Shown here: positions 26,517 through 39,833 of the stretch, in pieces
Layout: every line of letters begins with the position of its first letter
How positions within the stretch are numbered: the first letter of the stretch is position 1
NCBI GenBank assembly: GCA_951406725.2
Contig: OX597837.1
Location: 34,720,001 to 34,784,000, forward strand
Direction: 5' to 3'
DNA length: 64,000 nt
From: Octopus vulgaris
Taxonomy: Eukaryota
Program-made: the position numbers and the translations under genes
Notes under the pieces: model-generated
The model's input: the letters and a program-made list of their open reading frames with translations, nothing else
What the model was told of the DNA's origin: nothing
The model's database searches: none

Positions 26517-26862
26517 TACTCTCTCTTTTACTCTTTTGCTTGTTTCAGTCATTTGACTGCGGCCATGCTGGAGCACCGCCTTTAATCGAGCAACTCGACC
26601 CCGGGACTTATTCTTTTGTAAGCCCAGTACTTATTCTATCGGTCTCTTTTGCCGAACCGCAAAACACACCAGCATCGGTTGTCAAGCAATGCTAGGGGGA
26701 CAAACACAAACACGCATATATATATACATATATACGATGGGCTTCTTTCAGTTTCCATCTACCAAATCCACTCACAAGGCTTTGGTCGGCCCGAGGCTAT
26801 AGTAGAAGACACTTACCCAAGGTACCACACAGTGGGACTGAACGGAACCATGTGGTTGGTAA
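26517..26862 (-). mobile_element. SINE family A, 5'-truncated
   Basis: Family A body and CORE. Confidence 0.85.
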
Positions 26863-26865
26863 AAA

Positions 26866-26906
<41 letters not shown>

Positions 26907-26913
<7 letters not shown>

Positions 26914-27149
26914 GTCTGGGGAGAGTCATTCTCTTTTAGTGCCTTATTAATTTAACACACTCACTGGTCTGATTGCTACTCATCTATTTATTATTCTGAT
27001 AATGGACAGAATCAACAACTATTGAAAAGGTTGCAAGTTGCAATGAAAATTTTAGTAAAAAATAATAAGTAAATGAGTGGAAATCAGACCAGTGAGTGTG
27101 TTATATTAATCAGGCACTAAAAGAGAATGACTCTCCCCAGACACAATAA
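26907..27149. mobile_element. MITE-like element with ~70-90 bp imperfect TIRs
   Basis: ttattgtgtctggggagagtcattctcttttagtgcc / ggcactaaaagagaatgactctccccagacacaataa. Confidence 0.75.
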
Positions 27150-27206
27150 AATATGCTTCAATACACAAATTCATATAAAGAATCTTGCAAATGACATACA
27201 AAAATG

Positions 27207-27250
<44 letters not shown>

Positions 27251-27373
27251 CTTGTAAATAATAATAATACCTTTTTTATAAGCTTAAAGTTCATGAGTGA
27301 TCACTGTGTATCGAGTAAAGAAAACAGTCTAATATAGGGGCATCAGCCCTCGGTGGAAAAAAGTGGGTTTTCT

Positions 27374-27443
27374 GTATGCATGGGACGCAAACCCACACCT
27401 CTCATATTTGCGATAAGTGAGCTAACCATTACACCAACATACC
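27374..27443 (-). pseudogene. tRNA-like sequence (tRNA pseudogene or SINE head)
   Basis: GTATG/CATAC acceptor pairing, TGGTGTAATGGTTAGC D arm, GTGGG-TTTGCGT-CCCAT T arm; anticodon arm decayed. Confidence 0.55.
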
Positions 27444-27721
27444 CACTCACTTCTTCACGACAGATTTCAGAACTATAATTTGATAGTGTTGTTTTTTAAA
27501 GTATGTGTGTTTTCTGCGATAAATTCAGAAATGGTGACAAGTGACAATTCTGTAGATAACAATATTTTTTTCTATAAGCTTAAAGCTTATAAGTGATCAC
27601 CATATACATATATACACACATATAAAACATGAAGATGGAAAAACAGTCTTTAATTACAAATTAGAACGTCTATTTCTGAATCTCTGCATGAGTTTTAAGT
27701 TGCAGAGTTATCATTCTCATA

Positions 27722-28117
27722 TCTTTATATATAAAAGTCAAGTTATGTGTCTGTCTCCTACGATTTAGATTCCTAACTACTCCCACATTTTGCGGTGCAG
27801 TGTAACCAAAAGCGGGTATCTTATAGTCGTGATTCATATCGAGCCCTTCTGGGTATTAGCGCGCGTCTACGATGAGTCTACGATTTTAAAAATAATTTAC
27901 CATCATTTTTTTCCATTTTAATGCATTTTTCGCTATTATATAAGGGAAATAACTCTCTAAAAATGTCTACGATGAGTCAACGATTTAAAAAAAATTTACC
28001 ATAATTTTTTTTCCATTTTTAATGCATTTTTTTGCTATTTTTTGGCTATAACTCTCTAAAAATGCTTATATAGTTATTTCCCTTACAAACCCGAGCAACG
28101 CCGGGCAATACTGCTAG
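27722..28117 (+). mobile_element. Non-autonomous Helitron, copy 4
   Basis: a|TCTTTATATATAAAAG...CCCGAGCAACGCCGGG CAATACTGCTAG|t; near-identical to copy 2 in opposite orientation. Confidence 0.9.
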
Positions 28118-28673
28118 TCATTATATAAAATTATTTTATAAATATTTACATAAACAAATATGATTCTGCAAATAGCCATGTGCTGGTATTTCATTGGGAA
28201 GATTGCTGTTAGCCAATAACCATTATGAGGTTATTACCTAGATAATATTGAATATATATTCTTTCATGTGTTTCAGCCTGGTGGCTGTGGTCATGCTGGA
28301 GCACCACCATGATATATATATTTATATATAGTTCTAAAATCTCTCTAAGAGATCAACACAGTGATTGTACCGTGAAGTAATATTCATAGCCATTTTAACA
28401 TGGCTGTCCTTTTGAGTGGACTCTACTGCAAATTTTTTTAATCCCAAGAGGACATCTCCCCTAGCTGGTTAAGAAATGCATAGCTGCAAACAGGGGAGTG
28501 CACCCCTACCATCTCCCAGCGATAGGACCAGTAGATCAGTCCTGGTTTCAGGCTATTTCTGCCACTCCTCAATACTAGACACCTCGTCTGCTAGAGATGG
28601 CAGCAGCTTGCTTCTGCACACAATATATACATTTCAAGCAAACACACATGTCAAAGTGGCTAGAAATACTACT

Positions 28674-28709
<36 letters not shown>

Positions 28710-28985
28710 TATATATGACTCACCTGTCCATTCCTATATATGAGGCCGCAACAACCTACACTTTCTTTGTCAGTCACAATGCTTATGTCATATGTGACAT
28801 TGCAAAAAGCCCACAGATTCTGTGAGTATGAGGATTATAGGTCAGTGCAGGTGGTGTATTTGCAGCCGCTTTCCTCCTTTATATATATACATACATACAC
28901 ATGTGTGTGTGTGTATAAATCACCAGTAGTTCACATATCCGAAAAAGGCACACACTCTAAAGCATTAGAATAGTAATATATTTTT

Positions 28986-29073
28986 TAGGAAGTTAAAACT
29001 TATGGCTGGTCCTAGAGTGACCACTGTAGAACAAATGGTCACCCTATGACAGGCCATAACTTTGAACTTCCTA
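28986..29073. repeat. Short imperfect palindrome (MITE-like)
   Basis: taggaagtt..ttatggc..gtgacca / tggtcac..gccataa..aacttccta. Confidence 0.6.
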
Positions 29074-29096
29074 TATATATATATATATATATATAT

Positions 29097-29328
29097 ATTT
29101 CTTTACTACCCACAAGGGGCTAAACACAGAGGGGACAAACAAGGACAGATAAACGGATTAATCGATTACATCGACCCCAGTGCGTAACTGGTACTTAATT
29201 TATCGACCTCGAAAGGATGAAAGGCAAAGTCGACCTCAGCGGAACTTGAACTCAGAACGTAACGGCAGACGAAATACGGCTACGCATTTCGCCCGGTGTG
29301 CTAACGATCCTACCAGCTCGCCCGCCTT
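29097..29328 (-). mobile_element. SINE family B (other copies ~15787-15945, 32660-32850, 35960-36127, 39245-39395, 50368-50578, 58865-59082, 61120-61295)
   Basis: High identity to 18067-18296. Confidence 0.9.
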
Positions 29329-30223
29329 AATATATATATATATATAGGAGCAGGAGTGACTCTTTGGTAAGTAGCTTGCTTACCAACCACATGGTTCCAG
29401 GTTCAGTCCCACTGTGTGGTACCTTGGGCAAGTGTCTTCTACTATAATCTCAAGCTGAACAAAGCCTTGTGAATGGATTTGGTAGATGGAAACTGAAAGA
29501 AGCTCATCGTGTATATATAGATATAGATATATACAGATGAGATAACAATGGACTGAGATGTCTGGTGATATGAGGTTCCTCAGAAGACCTGCCCACCTCA
29601 GTGGAACTACGTTCTGGAAGCCCTGTGTATCCTGTGCTCTTCACCCATACTGCATTAATTCCCCACCCCCCCATGAACCAAACTACATGTCATCAAGTGT
29701 GTGTGTGTGAGCACGCACATGTGCATTTGTCTGGAAATTCAATCCAGAGATGGGACCCAGACTTGATAGCATCATTCTGAGTCAGAACAGACCTGGGAGT
29801 TATGGTAATTAAGAGGTGGTTTCATGCTCCCCACAATTCCAGAATTCCTGAGCTGGAACCTCACCAATGGATGCAGTTTAATGTCATAACCAGGACAGTT
29901 CATATGACACACAATTAACCCTTTTACAACAGAAATCAGAGATATCCACTCAAAATTTTCATTACCCTTAACTGTTGAAACCTTCAATGTTTTTAATAAA
30001 ATGGCCAGCCGCATAACAAAGAACATCTCATGCAGCCAGCATCTCAGAAAAGGCTGCCCAAGACAGGGCTTAAGTATGATAGAGGGAGCAAGAACATGTG
30101 TCTAGCTCTAGATAAGATACATGGCTAACCCAGACAGAAAGAGACAAAAAGAGAGCAGTACCGAGGTGTCAGGATATTCCGTTAAGATGCTTGTGAGTGT
30201 ATGTGTGTGTATATAGAATATAT

Positions 30224-30278
<55 letters not shown>

Positions 30279-30574
30279 GTTTTGATTTAACAGATGAGAA
30301 AAACGATTTTCAATACGTCATGTGCAATATATTTGTACATGCACACACACGCACGAGTATATATATAAAGATGCACACACACATACACACACACACACAC
30401 ACACATACATACATATGTACCATACACAGTCACAAATGTCTATCTGTATTAGAGGAATGTTTGTCTGTGTCTGAAAAGTTGAAACATCAATATCTCTCTG
30501 TGAGAAGAAATTTGTCAATTCTACCGATATTTTCTTTTATTCATTCCAAACATACCAAGTTGAAGATTCCGAGA

Positions 30575-30697
30575 TTCACACACATATACACACACACATT
30601 CATTTATACATATATGTATATATACATACATATATATATATACATATATACACATATATATACATATATATACATATATATACATACATACATATAC

Positions 30698-30742
<45 letters not shown>

Positions 30743-31019
30743 CATATACATATATATACATACATACATATACATATATATACATACATACATATACATA
30801 TATATACATACATACATATACATATATATACATACATACATATATATACATACATACATACATATATATATACATACATACATATATATATATACATACA
30901 TACATATATATATATACATACATATATATATATACATACATATATATATATACATACATACATATATATATATACATACATACATATATATATATACATA
31001 CATATATATATATACATAC

Positions 31020-31059
<40 letters not shown>

Positions 31060-31093
31060 ATACATATACATATATATATATACATACATATAC

Positions 31094-31127
<34 letters not shown>

Positions 31128-31260
31128 GTATATACATATATATATACATATATACACACACATACATACACATATATCTATATACATATATTTGTATATA
31201 TATATTGTATGTATGTCTATGCATGTGTATATATACATGTACGCACTGTATGTATATATG
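30575..31260. repeat. (TA/CA/TACA)n compound microsatellite
   Basis: Direct inspection. Confidence 0.97.
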
Positions 31261-31801
31261 CATTAAACATTCAGAAGCCTTTAGCTGTGATAGTAAATTA
31301 TATAACTGCAAATCCATCCCATCTCTGTATTCAAAAGCCTAAATGGAACATGTCTACATTAACTATCACACCTAAAGGCTTTCTAATATTTGATATTTAT
31401 TTCACACCTTCCATGGATGCAGTCTTATGCGTGAAATATATTTTATATATATACATATATACACATACGCACATACCGACACACAAAATGTAATGTGATT
31501 GCCAAACAAATAAGTACAAAACACGAAGTAAACAATGAAATACAATTATGCAAATATACGCAACGTAGGTACATGTAAATTATATAAATAGAAAACTTTC
31601 TCACACTTTCTTTCATACATGTACGCAAGGGAGGCTGCACCAGGCTCCAATCTGATTTGGCAAGGTTTCTACAGCTGGATGCCCTTTCTAAAGCCAACCA
31701 CTCCAAGTGTGTGGTGGGTATTTTTTACACACACAGAAAGCCACACACACACTCATACCCATATACATGCACATACATATATCATATATACATACACACA
31801 C

Positions 31802-31834
<33 letters not shown>

Positions 31835-31840
31835 TGTATG

Positions 31841-31883
<43 letters not shown>

Positions 31884-32055
31884 TAAATTAGAGATAAAAC
31901 CACTATTAGGCAAATCGAACAGTGAAAAACATAAACCAAAACATAGAAATAAAAATAAGTAAAATAATATACAAAATATATAAAATATGAAATTTAAAAT
32001 TTAAATTATTTAAATTAAAGTTAAAAATTTAAAATTATTAATTTATATTTATAAA

Positions 32056-32093
<38 letters not shown>

Positions 32094-32391
32094 TTTTATT
32101 TATTTATTTAAAAAAAATTTTTTTTTATATATATACATGCATACATATATGCATTCATCTATATATCATTACATACAAACACACGCACACACATTAAAAG
32201 AAACAGAGAAGCTTCATCATTGTCATGTGGTAGTTTTAGCTTGTTATATTCTTTTTTTTTTTTTTGCTTGTGTGTCATATGAACTGTCCTGGGTCCACCC
32301 AAAATGGAAAAAAAAAAACAAAAATACAAACAGCGACCTGTAATATAAGAAAGAGAAGAAGAAAGTTGTGGGACTTTTCCCTTCCACTGAC

Positions 32392-32531
32392 CTGGGATTG
32401 AGGAGTTTTGAAAACTCTTCTTACGTTTAAGGTCTGTTGGTTGTCGTTTCTCATCATTGGTGAGGGGTTCATCGGCCGGATCTGGTGAAGATGCGGTCGG
32501 TGGTCCACTGTCGAAGGATTGACTCCGAAAC
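32392..32531 (-). CDS. Internal coding exon of an unidentified gene (xFRSQSFDSGPPTASSPDPADEPLTNDEKRQPTDLKRKKSFQNSSIPx)
   Basis: Unique GC-richer island. Canonical acceptor ttgttgtttcag|G and donor CCCAG|gtcagt on the minus strand. 140 nt, open frame (phase 2 in, phase 1 out), with RxxS/RKKS kinase-site-like motifs. Confidence 0.75.
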
Positions 32532-33440
32532 CTGAAACAACAACAACAATAATAGTAATTAATTTCATTGTGGCAAATGTGATTGATGGGGGACATTGCA
32601 TGGAAATATTTCAAAATGGTAGGTATTTTTAGGGCTAATCATATGACAGGAAACTCTATGGTGACAAGCTGACAGAATCATTAGCAAAATGCATAGTAGC
32701 ATTTCCCCCATCATGTTCTGAGTTCAAATTCTGTCATGGTTGACTTTGCCTTTCATCCTTCTGGGATTGATAAAATACCAATTGAGCACTGGGGATGGTT
32801 CGACTTAGCCCCTCCCCAAACCTGCAGGCCTTGTGCCAAAATTTGAAACCAGTATGATAGGAAACACAACAATTTAATCACATACAATGTGAACGTATGT
32901 ATGCATACAGAAAAATCAGCAGAAAGAATACAGGGAAAATTGTTTTAAGGAAATTGTTTTGGGCAGAGTCTCTCTTCTGGAAACTGTTAACAAAAGACAA
33001 ATGAACCCTTTTACGACAGAAATCTGTGGTACTGAGCAGAATATTTGCTGTAGCCCATCTTTTATACCAAAACAAAACAATGTACATGATAACACTTCCA
33101 ATCAGTTAAAATTAGAAGCCATGAGATCCACTGCCCGGTACTGCATCGGGGCATTTATCATTATCATTATTAACAAACATGTCATTAGCAGAAATAATTA
33201 TCAGAACAATCCAATGAGATCACATACACAGAGATCAGGATACACTCATTGTAAATGAATTGTCTTTATGTGGTTGGCCAGCTAGCTGAGCTGACTGTCG
33301 CCTTGAACCAGTTTGACCAATGACCACAGGCATTCTTTTGTCTAAGGGATAGCACAAAAACAAACCCCAATCGATTTGCTCCCTTTTCTGTTCCTTCACT
33401 CTTCCCAGCTCTCAGTTCATTTCCTAACATATATACACAT

Positions 33441-33849
33441 ATACTCTTTTACTCTTTTACTTGTTTCAGTCATTTGACTGCGGCCATGCTGGAGCACCGC
33501 CTTTAGTCGAGCAAATCGACCCCGGGACTTATTCTTTGTAAGCCCAGTACTTATTCTATCGGTCTCTTTTGCCGAACCGCTAAGTGACGGGGACGTAAAC
33601 ACTCCAGCATCGGTTGTCAAGCAATGCTAGGGGGACAAACACAGACACACAAACACACATATATATATATATACATACATATATACGACAGGCTTCTTTC
33701 AGTTTCCGTCTACCAAATCCACTCACAAGGCATTGGTCGGCCCGGGGCTATAGCAGAAGACACTTGCCCAAGGTGCCACGCAGTGGGACTGAACCCGGAA
33801 CCATGTGGTTGGTTAGCAAGCTACTTACCACACAGCCACTCCTGCGCCT
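33441..33849 (-). mobile_element. SINE family A, young full-length copy
   Basis: Complete AGGCGCAGGAGTGGCTGTGTGG head to (GTAAAAGA)n tail. Confidence 0.9.
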
Positions 33850-34244
33850 ATATACATTATAAACACATACAAGCACATACACTGCACACATACATGTACA
33901 AAAGCATATTTCTTTCTTTCTTTTTTCTGGTAGTAGGGCAGGGATGAGGGTCAGTTGTATTCTTGATGTTAGGTGGTGGGGCGGGGGAGAGGCTAGTATT
34001 GGATGGATTGCTATTATTATTATTATTATGTGTATCCACCCCACCTCCAATGCTCCACCTTCCCCCCCACGTGAGTGTTCTCAATGTCATACAGCTTTCC
34101 TTGGCTGATTTCTTCAACTGCTCCCTCCCTCCCTTCGTCTCCATCACCACCAGGTATAACTATGTCGTTTAGACTTTATTTCAATAATCACCACCACCGC
34201 CACCACCCCTGAAACTGCTGGCCTTGTGCCAAAATTTAAAACCA

Positions 34245-34812
34245 TTATTATTGTTATTGAGTGAGAGAGCAGTGCATGTCATCTCTACAGCCACAACCAC
34301 CATGTCTACAACCACCACCACCACTGCAACCACCACTGTCATCACCACCAGTGTTGCCACCGCATCACAACCATATGTGCATGACATGGTGATCTCATAT
34401 CAAGATAAACAAAGCATGATGTTGCAGGTGGGACCCAGTTAGAATTTTCTTCAGGTCGATTAGCCCATCCCACTCAAAAAGGTCCCTGAATAAGGTTTGT
34501 TTTAAGGATGTTGAAAGAACCACCCATGTTTCCAGAGGTGAATTATTCAAACCCCAAAGAATTTCTCTCGACACATAGCTATGATGCTCCCCCACTACTC
34601 TTGCTCATGATCAGCGATGCACATATCATCAGCCAATGAGGGACATGCTCAACTGGTTAAGGTCAATCTTGTTACAAGCAAATCTGTGGTAGTGAGCAGA
34701 ATATTTGCTGTAGCCCATCTTTTATACCAAAACAACGCATGCACATGATAACACTTCCAATCAGTTAAGATCAAAAGCCATGAGAGCCACTGCCTGGTAT
34801 TGCATCAGGGCA
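34245..34812 (-). mobile_element. Interspersed retroposon-like repeat with (AAT)n tail (partial copy 33020-33153)
   Basis: ~135-bp block shared by 33020-33153 and 34680-34812; ends ctctctcactcaataacaataataat. Confidence 0.6.
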
Positions 34813-34821
34813 ATTTGAAAC

Positions 34822-34860
<39 letters not shown>

Positions 34861-36363
34861 CATCATTATTATTATTGCCTTTCATTCTTGTGAAAGTCAA
34901 TAAAATAAAATAAAATGAAAATGAAAGAAGACTATCTTATGTCCTTTAATGTCTAAACAAGGAAATTATTATTATTGATTCACTTGTATAAGTTCAGGAA
35001 TATTATGAAAAAAAAAAATGGTTATGGAACTTCACCACCACCACTGCTGGCTTAGAATCTCAAGTCTTTTAATTCCAGAACTAAATGGAATCTAACGAAA
35101 CATCTACCTAATTGGAGTGGGTACGAGGAGCTCTTTGGTAAGAATTAATAGGAACAAGCAGACACTTGATTTATCTGCTAAAGCTGCTTGGAAGAGTCAA
35201 AGAAAGCCATTTGTGTGTATGTGTTTGTGTGTGTGTGTGTGTGCGTGTGTGTGTATGTGTGTGTGTGTACATGCAAGTATATATGTGTTTGTATGTATGG
35301 AAGATCATAAGTGCATGTACAAGAAATTATTTAGAAGAACTTCAATGAGTTTCTTCATTCGACATCAAGTCAATATTGAAATGGCCCGGAACTGTTTAAG
35401 ATGTTATTCTGATGATCAGTAGTTGCTTCCACAGAGCAATCAGAGTGGCCGGCAAAGCAATTAGCGTAATTAATGTCTTTAAAATGTAACTGGCACATGA
35501 AAAACTGCACAGACATATTACATTGTCGTCGTTTAACACAGGTCAGACTTGATTGAGCAGAGCTAGGATCAAAGACACTTCAGCCATAACCAAGCTGTCT
35601 ATTTCTATTTCGACTCCATCAGGCATAGTGTATCAAGTGTTCCTTTTTGTAGTATGGCAGGGACAGGTTGAGAGAAATCTGTCAACCACTTTCTGTAAGT
35701 CAGTGATTTGGCAGTGTTTCTACAGCTGGATGCCCTTCCTAACACCAACTACTCCATGAGTGTAGTGGCTCTTTTTTATGTGCCACCAGCACAGGGGCCA
35801 GAGCAGGCTGGCAAACGACCACAATCGGTTGGTGCTTTTACGTGTCACCGACACAGATGCCAGTGAGGCGGCGCTGGCAACTGCTACGTTCGGACAGTGC
35901 TTTTTACGTGTCACTGGCACGGGTGTCTTAACTACAATTTTTAGGGAAATATTTTTTAGTTGATTACATGAATCCCAATGCTCAACTGGTCCTCATTTCA
36001 TTGACCCCAAAAGGATGAAATGCAAAGTCGGTTTTAGTGGAATTTGAACTTAGACTATAAATAGTCAGAGGAAATGCCACTAAGCATTTCATCTGATGTG
36101 CTAACAATTCTGCCAGCTCACCACCTTAATAAGAATAAGAAAAATAATAATGATCCTTTCTACAGTAGGCACAGGGCCTGAAAATGTGGGACAGTAACAT
36201 GGAAAATAATGTTTATTTTAGAGTTTAAAAGTGATTTGAAAGTATAAACTAAACCTTGGAGAATTTGAACCCAAAGTGTAAAGATATAAGAAATGTCACT
36301 TCACAGCACATGCTTATTTGGCTCAATGGTTAATCCAGTGCTGATTACCACCAGCATCACCAT

Positions 36364-36394
<31 letters not shown>

Positions 36395-36749
36395 GGCACC
36401 GCATTACTGTTGTTGACGGAGCAACCAGGGTCTGGTAAGCCATGGAGGCTGCACCAGGCTCTAGTCTGATTTGGCAGTGTTTCTACAGCTGGATGCTTTC
36501 CTAACGCAAACCACCCCATGAGTGTAGTGGGTGTTTTTTACCTGCCACCGGCACAGGAGCCAGAACAGGCTGGCAAACGGCCACAATCGGTGGCCATTCT
36601 GTTCAAGAGGAATGTTGGCCTGCCCACCTAGTCAAAGGAGTAGCATCATTCAAAAAATATAACAATGCAAAATGCACTGTGACCAGCAGTGTGTAACAAC
36701 ATCCAATAGTCTGGTTAATAGAGTGATATGTATATATATATATATGCCC

Positions 36750-37147
36750 CCTGACTGGCTCCCATGCCCATGACATGTAAAAAGCACCATCCGAACGTGG
36801 TCGATGCCAGGCCCGCCTGACTGGCTCCTGTGCCTGTGGCATATAAAATGCACCAACCAATCGTGGTTGATGCCAGTACCCACTGACTGGCTCTTGTGCC
36901 AGTGGCACGTAAAAAACACCATCCTAACGTGATTGATGCCAGGCCCACCAGACTGGCTCCCATTCTGGTGGCACGTAAAAAGTACCCACTACACTCTCAG
37001 AGTGGTTGGTGTTAGGAAGGGCATCCAGCTGCAGAAACACTGCCAGATCAGATTGGAGCCTGGTGCAGCCACTGGCTCTCCAGACCTCAGTCAAACCGTC
37101 CAACCCGTGCCAGCATGGAAAACGGACATTAAACAATGATGATGATA
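36750..37147 (+). mobile_element. SINE family C with four 66-bp 5' modules (opposite-strand copies at 35700-35935 and 36410-36592)
   Basis: GGCACGTAAAAAGCACC-like motif at 36772, 36838, 36904 and 36970, then core and (GAT)n tail. Confidence 0.85.
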
Positions 37148-37150
37148 TAT

Positions 37151-37200
<50 letters not shown>

Positions 37201-37856
37201 TACATAAAGATACTTATGGCCAGTCTATGGGGTTACCCTGGGTTTCATGTCCATAAAACGCTTAGCTTTACAGCGTCCCTTCAGACCCTGATGGCCAGTG
37301 GCCTCTAACCTCTCTTCAAAGTAGAAAGAGAAAAGACAACTACATAGACCACCTTACTGGCTCAGGCCCACAGCTGCTGTACAATACAGTGTAATGACTA
37401 ATACTACTACTACCACCACTACTACTACCGCAAATATATACTCTGCATATTACTAAGGGAACCAGAAACCCAACAGAGAGACCACTAAGTGGTCACACAG
37501 ACTGCTAGAAATAAGAACCAAATGTCTCTCAAATCACACACCTTACTAAATTGCTACAATAGGTTATCCAACATGTCCAAGACAGAACACAATGGATAAT
37601 AATATAGTTGCAGGTGTATTGCCTGGAACTAAGACAAGATGGTCATGGCTGTAAAGTGTTTGATCATGGATCAGTTAAGTGAAGATAGAGACCTAGGGTT
37701 AAAACAAAAACCAAAATAAAAAAATTTCATCAAGATAACCTTTCCAAGACCACCATCTGTTGCAGAGTAACAGTGCAATGCTTGTTACATAATAGCAACA
37801 ACAGCCGTGTTTGTAATAATAATGTTAGCAATTCACAGCTGCAGACGGCATTCTGT

Positions 37857-37858
<2 letters not shown>

Positions 37859-37893
<35 letters not shown>

Positions 37894-38014
37894 CGTGTGC
37901 ATGTGTGTGTATGCGTGTGTGTGTGTGTATGTGTGTGCATGTGTATGAGTGTGTGTGTGTGTGTATGTGTGTGCATGTGTGTGTGTGTATGCGTGTGTGT
38001 GTGTGTATGCGTGC

Positions 38015-38047
<33 letters not shown>

Positions 38048-38095
38048 TGCATGTGTGTGTGTGTGTATGTGTACATAAATATGCTTGTGTGTGTG
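37859..38095. repeat. (TG)n microsatellite (similar at 6590-6720 and 57345-57660)
   Basis: Direct inspection. Confidence 0.97.
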
Positions 38096-38228
38096 TACAT
38101 GTCTTCACCTTTGTGTGTGCTGTGTGTATATGAGTTTATGTGGTATGGAGATATGTGCACAATACACATCTCCACATTGGTAGTGTGGAATGTTTACTAT
38201 CTGTGTGTGGTAGATATAGTGGGCTATA

Positions 38229-38908
38229 TGTGGTCTGATCAATAAGTAACCAGACTGTTGCCATAGTAACGAAGCTAAAGAGCGCAGAGTGGAACCACTT
38301 GGCACAGATCAGCCTTGAACTCTACTGTGCATGAGCACTAAGTATTAATATTCTTGCTTACTTCCACTGTTTACAGCAATGCTTGGAAGGAAGGTGTGTA
38401 GCGTGTGATTGGTGCATTGACCATGACAGAGGAAGTTGAACAGAGAATCTGCATCAAATTTTGCCAAAGGCTTGACAATACCTTCTCAGAGGCCTATGCA
38501 GTGTTTTCAAAATGTTTTCATCATCTCTATACAATGAAGGAGATCTTGTGCAAATGAAACCCAAGTGTCTTTAGGGTCAGCTGAAAGCAGTTTTAGCACA
38601 AATTTGGTAGACATGCAACTCATACTCAAATCTTCAGTGATAATGGACTGAACTGAACTGTAACTAATCTCCACATCCTCTGATAACTCACAGATGGTGA
38701 TTCAACAATTTCCACCCACAGCTGCAGGCGCATCTGCAATATTTTTCTCAGTTCTGCTGGTTGCGTGTCTCCCAGATTGTTTGTCAATATCAACATTTTT
38801 CCGGCCATCTTGGAAACAGCTGAACCACTTGTACACTTGTGTGCGGCTCATACACTCCCCTCCATACACTTTCTGCAACTTTGCATAGGTTTCTGAGCAG
38901 GTATCAAG
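38229..38908. mobile_element. Rearranged mariner remnant: 5' end (+) then an inverted N-terminal transposase segment (-)
   Basis: Plus: TA|TIR, MTEEVEQRICIKFCQRLDNTFSEAYA. Minus: DTCSETYAKLQKVYGGECMSRTQVYKWF..SGR..KFVLKLL. Confidence 0.8.
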
Positions 38909-39833
38909 ACAATACAAAGACAGACATAAAGTGTGGGGTTTGCATATAATGAAATGATAAAAAAAAAAGAAAGAAATTAAGTATACACTGAAAAACAAGG
39001 GGACATATGCATAGCATATAAAGGTTTAAAAGAAAATGGCAGGGAAGATGATAGAGATGTGGCCCTTCTGATACAGGAAGGTCTTTAGGGATAATTGAGG
39101 AATCCCAATGTCTGAGATTTCCCTGAAACCCTAAGTCCTGGGGTTGATTTGTTTGACTAAAGGTGGTGCTCCAGCATGTAAAACAAGTAAAAGAGTAAAA
39201 TGCTGCAAAACATTTTGTCTGGCAATGATGATGATGATGATGATGATTTCAAATTTTGTCACAAGACCAGCTATTTTAAAGGAGGGGCAAGTTGACTACA
39301 TCGACCCCAGTACATTGAGTGGTACATTATTTTAACAATCCCAGAAGGAAGAGGAAAGAAAGACAAAGTCAACCTCAGTGGAATTTGAACCTAAAACATG
39401 AGGGGCCAAAAGCCAAATTTTTGTTGATTACTAAATGTAAAAGCCTTAAACAAACCTTCACAACAGACGTGCTACCGTTGCCATAAACACATGAAAAACA
39501 CATTAAGTTAATTGTAGTTAATTAATGCACAAAGCACTACTAAATGGAAGCAGATGTATGATGTGAGTTAAAAAAGACAATTGATATTTGTTAAGGTAAA
39601 ATATTATTTTCATTTTAATGGGAATGGATTAGAAGACTCGTTAGTGAATCAGACAAAAATGCTTTGTGATATTTAGCAACAGACTTTTATGATCTGATCC
39701 GAAATCCCTCTGAGGCCAACTTGGCCTTTCATACTTCCAAAGTCATCATCATTTTAACATCTAATATTCCATACTTGCATGAGTCGGATGGAGTTTATTT
39801 GAAGCATATTTTCTACAGCTAGATACCCTTCCT

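Noticed and set aside
30197-31342. 381-aa ORF and the many other YI/CV/HT-rich ORFs
   Set aside because: Translations of dinucleotide microsatellites that lack stop codons; no coding signal.
33775-33849. Functional tRNA genes at SINE heads
   Set aside because: A/B boxes are present but run directly into CORE-like SINE bodies, with no intact cloverleaf or terminator.
36770-36990. CRISPR-like repeat/spacer appearance (also 11140-11760 and 47735-47995)
   Set aside because: Spacers are homologous to each other, the context is eukaryotic, and there are no cas genes; these are tandem modules.
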